Shown one piece after another: positions 59,774 to 64,000 of a stretch of DNA of 64,000 nucleotides. Positions within the stretch are counted from its first letter, which is position 1, and each line of letters begins with the position of its first letter. The position numbers and the translations under genes are program-made. This stretch comes from Eledone cirrhosa (taxonomy: Eukaryota). The stretch lies in assembly GCA_964016885.1 (NCBI GenBank), contig OZ024742.1:83948001-84012000 (forward strand). Direction: 5' to 3'. Under the pieces are notes generated by a model. That model was given only the letters and a program-made list of their open reading frames with translations, was not told where the DNA came from and ran no database searches.

Positions 59774-62700
59774 TCTATATATATAAAACAGAAGATGTCT
59801 GTCTGTTTGTGTAACCGCATGGATTTCTACATTTTACAACTGATTTGCACCAGATTTCATACATAGGTTTCTGAAGTCCTATTACGCGTCGTAGGCTATT
59901 TTATTATTCCGTACATCGATTGTGGGGACCCCAGGGACAGGTAGCCCCCTTAAGCTTCTCCCTTCGACTTATCTATTGAAGTTCACTTTAACACTGTATT
60001 AGTACCTGATAACTTTTGAAGTTTACGTTCGATCTTCGTTTTCACTTTCAAAACAATAATCATCGTCGGATGAAATTTCAGAAATGTAAACATCTGATTC
60101 ATTTGAAGATAAATCACTAATATTATCTTTTGTTTCTTGTTCATTTGGAATGTCGTCGTGTGTAAAAACTTGAAAGTCGGTATCGCTACTTTCATAAGCC
60201 ATGTTGATACAAACAAAAAATCTGTTCTACTTTCGACGTTAAAAAAACACGTGTTGTTTTAAGTTGTTTCACTATATTAAGTGTTAATTGTCGCGGTAAG
60301 GGCCTAATCTCGCAGTAATCTCGAATTGACGAGATTTTGATGACGGTATTGTTTATTTTTAGAACGTTTGGGTGTTACGGCGGTTTTGGGCGGTTTGAAC
60401 AAATGAAGGGGAAATAATTTCGGCCGGTTTGAACACTAAAGGGTTAAAGGAGGTTTAGTTAATGTGTTTATTGTCATAAGGTTCCAGTTTATCATGCTGT
60501 GATTTTTCAGCCATTTTTGCCTGTATCCTTTCAATGGTTAGTACTTACTTTGCGTTGCCCCTAACTTAAAACCTTAAATTTGACTATTACACAAAATCTT
60601 GCAAAACATACCCACTTTCTCAGACCACATAGATTTATCACATTTCTTCACAATTTATATCCGTGTATTTTTGCTTACTTAAACGTTATTTGTCCACTAT
60701 TTATCGTTCTCCCTGGTTAATTTTCTAAAAACAATGCTCCCCAAGAAAAGAACTCTCATGGTCGATTATCTACTAATGCAAGTAGGTCTAAGCGAAGGCG
60801 TCTCACCGAAGATGTAAATGCAACTGCGATCAGGCTCTCACAGAATGCTGTGCAGACGTCAGCTGCAAGAGCGAAGGATGACAGCCGGCGTGAACTTCGA
60901 CGGAACAAAAGTGCTGCCGCGACTGCTGCTGCTCGCGCACGAGAGGATGAAGGACGACGTGCCGTTCGACGTAGCAGGGACGCCGCTGCAACATTCGCTG
61001 CTCGCGCACGAGAGGATGAGGACGACGCGCCGTTCGACGAAGCAGGGACGCCACTGCCACTGCTGCTGCACGAAATACTGAAACCATAGAGCAACGACGT
61101 GGCCGACTTCTGAAAAGTGAACAGCGGCGATCATCGTTACATGGCATTTCTAGGACTTGCAATTCACGATGGTTGTTGAAGGCCTTTAACTACGACTCCT
61201 CCTCCGACTACGCCGTCCATGCAGATATTTAAATTGGGGAAATGACCTCTACTTGCCAGTTTTGTCGTACGAAAAAGTGGCCAGGGGAGAGAGATGGAAC
61301 GTGCTGTTTAAACGGTAAAGTTAGACTACCTCCTATTCACGACCCTCCAGAGAAATTGCAACTCTTTTTGACAGACACGACGGAGGAATCATCGAAGTTT
61401 CTGCGTAATATCCACCGCTACAATTCCGCGTTTCAGATGACATCCTTCGGAGCAAACTTGCCTCGGAACGTGGGTTCATGCCAACTTTCAAGGTCCAGAG
61501 GCAGATCTACCACTTGATTGGTTCTATTCAGCCTCTGGCAGAAAAGGATCCTCAATTTCTTCAGTTATACTTCGTTGGAAACTATCAGGAGCAGGCAGAG
61601 ATGCGAAACTCTATTTCGTCCGAAACTAACATTGGAACCATAATAAAACTTCAAGAAATGCTTCACGACAAAAACAGCTATATTCGCAGTTTCAAGTACG
61701 CTTTGGAAACAGCCACCGACCAAAACTTTAGTGTGGTCATACATGCTGAGCGAAGGCCATCTGGAGAACATGCTGGTCGGTTCAACGCACCAACATGTAA
61801 TGAGATTGCTGCGGTTATTTGTGGTGAACAGCACAACAAGAGATATATCATTCTAAAGCACCGAGACAGCACATTACAGCGTATCAATGAGACACACAGG
61901 TCCTACGATGCACTCCAGTATCCATTGCTATTTGCAACGGCGAGGACGGATACCATTTCGGCATTCCTCAACATTCGGCAGGCAATGGTGAGGCACCTCT
62001 TAGGAAAACTGTCACCTGTATGGATTTCTACGCTTTCCGATTTATGGTAAGGGACAATTCATTCAACCATCTACACCGTTCTCAGGACCTTTTCCAACAA
62101 TTTGCTGTTGATATGGCCGTTAAAATGGAGTCCGAGAGATTATGGTTCATTAAATTAAATCAAAAGAAACTTCGATCTGAATGCTACATTCATCTACGCG
62201 ATGGAATTAACAACGACGTATCCCCAGACAATTTAGGGCATGTGTGTATTTTGCCTTCAACGTTCACAGTAGGACCCCGATACATGCACGAGATTACTCG
62301 GGACGCCATGACCTACGCACGACATTATGGGCGCCCCAACCTTTTCATAACGTTTATATGCAATCCCAAGTGGAAGGAGATTACAAACGAACTGCTCCAC
62401 GGTAAAGCGCCAAGACACAGGCACGATCTCATAGCAAGAGTGTTTCGCCTGAAATTATCCAAATTAATGGATTTATTAAAGAAAGGACAAGTTTTTGGGC
62501 CTGTCAGGTGCACGGTTGAATGACAGAAACGAGGGTTTCCGCATGCCCATATCTTGATTTGGTTGGTTACAAAAATCAGTTCAAACTACATCGACAAATT
62601 CATTTCTGCCAAACTACCTAATCTGTCGATTGACATGGACCTCTGCTCTATAGTCACATCAAACATGGTCCATGATCCTTGCGGACATGGACTCAATATG

Positions 62701-64000
62701 AAGTCCCAGTGCACACACGACAGAAAGTGTACAAAACTATATTACCAGGCCGTTTTTACAGGAAACACAGACTGGCGGTAACTGATATCCGTTGTATAGG
62801 CGCAGGAGACCTGAAGACGGTGGGTTCACAGTAAAAGTTGGTGAACGCGAAATCGACAACAGCTGGATAATGCCATATTCCCCCCTCCTTTTGAAAGCGT
62901 TCAACGCCCATATAAACGTCGAATTTTGCAACTCAGTAACATCAATTAAATACGTTTGTAAGTACGTAAACAAGGGATAGGATGCTGCCGGGGTGTATTT
63001 CAATGATGCAACAGATGCTCAGCTAGCGATCTCACCAAAGGAAACTACACTCACCGCTTTTTTCAAACTTTGTCAACACGACGACTTCGCTCGAACTCTG
63101 CTGTATTCTGAAATACCGTCTTACTATACATGGAACTGGACAAAATGGCTACGAAGGAAGGTAGGGCAAGAGGTGGTTCGACATCCAGGCATCAAATTCG
63201 ACAATTGCCTTGGGCGAGTTTATACCGTTCACCCTACCCAACACGAATGCTTCTACCTGCGACTTCTGCTTCATGAGGTAAGAGGGCCGACTAGCTTCAC
63301 TCACCTGAGAACCGTCGATGGATACGCCTGCGAAACGTACAGGGAAGCCTGCTTGAGGCGTGGACTTTTAGAAGATGACGCACAATGGGATGCAACCTTG
63401 ACGGAAGCTGCCATCTCACAATCATCCCGTAGTCTAAGAGCACTTTTTGCTATCCTCTTGCACGTCTGTGAATTGACCAATCCTTACTCTTTATGGCAAA
63501 AGTTTAAAGATGATTTCGCAGACGAATATAGGCGCCTCGCTCAATTGCAATCTCAAAACTTAGATGTCCGCTTTTCAGACGCTATATATAACAGAGCTCT
63601 GATCAATATTGAAGACAGAGTGGCTTCAATGGGCGGAGATATCTTGGAGAAATATGGGCTTCCGCAAACACTTCGAGATGCACCATCTGACATTCCCAAC
63701 GACATTATACGTGAAACATCATATGATGTCGACGAACTCAAAAGGTATGTTGAAGAGAATGAACCAACACTTCTAATGGATCAACAATAAGCCTACAACA
63801 TTGTCGTTGATTCCATCGGTAATCGGGGAGGGTGTATATTCTTCCTGGACGCACATGGAGGCACGGGCAAAACATTTGTAATCAAACTTTTACTCGCTGC
63901 AGTGAGGCAACACGGAAACATCGCATTGGCCGTGGCTTCTTCCGGCATTGCAGCAACTTTGCTGCCTGATGACAGGACGACCCATTCTGCCTTTATCTTC
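59774..64000 (+). mobile_element. Degenerate autonomous-type Helitron (RepHel), continues beyond the window
   Basis: 5' TCTATATATATAAAA after an A. Zn motif CQFC..CCLNGKV; YDALQYPLLF; Rep motifs NLFITFICNPKW, VE*QKRGFPHAHILIW (HUH) and KYVCKYVNKG; Pif1 helicase Walker A FLDAHGGTGKTF and AVASSGIAATLL. Multiple stops and frameshifts. Confidence 0.95.

Noticed and set aside
60756-61162. Minus-strand Ala/Arg/Ser-rich ORFs
   Set aside because: They are antisense shadows of the Helitron's GC-rich N-terminal repeats.

Overview
AT-rich, microsatellite-dense animal genomic DNA. The repeat landscape suggests an octopus or other cephalopod (inference). There is a 200-N assembly gap at 9749-9948. One host gene can be reconstructed on the + strand from splice signals: a signal-peptide exon (16247-16310), a 42-bp exon (21272-21313) and at least 11 symmetric phase-1 exons. 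Each of the 11 encodes one 8-Cys chitin-binding type-2-like (peritrophin-A/CBM14-like, Pif-like) module. Nine of them (31993-53787, one truncated) are near-identical products of a recent 1.5-6 kb exon+intron tandem amplification, whose history is recorded by an RTE LINE insertion and later deletions. The gene's 3' end was not found. The intron at 24715-31992 holds a ~430-bp tandem/inverted repeat carrying four apparently intact minimal type-I hammerhead ribozymes (retrozyme/Penelope pLTR-like) and a 280-bp palindrome with a hammerhead in each arm. The rest consists of Penelope-like retroelements, RTE LINEs and SINEs, a Tc1/mariner relic, a 50 x 46-bp hairpin minisatellite in a Penelope 3' region, and a degenerate Helitron (Rep + Pif1 helicase) running off the right end. 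Most long ORFs in the supplied track are microsatellite artefacts.
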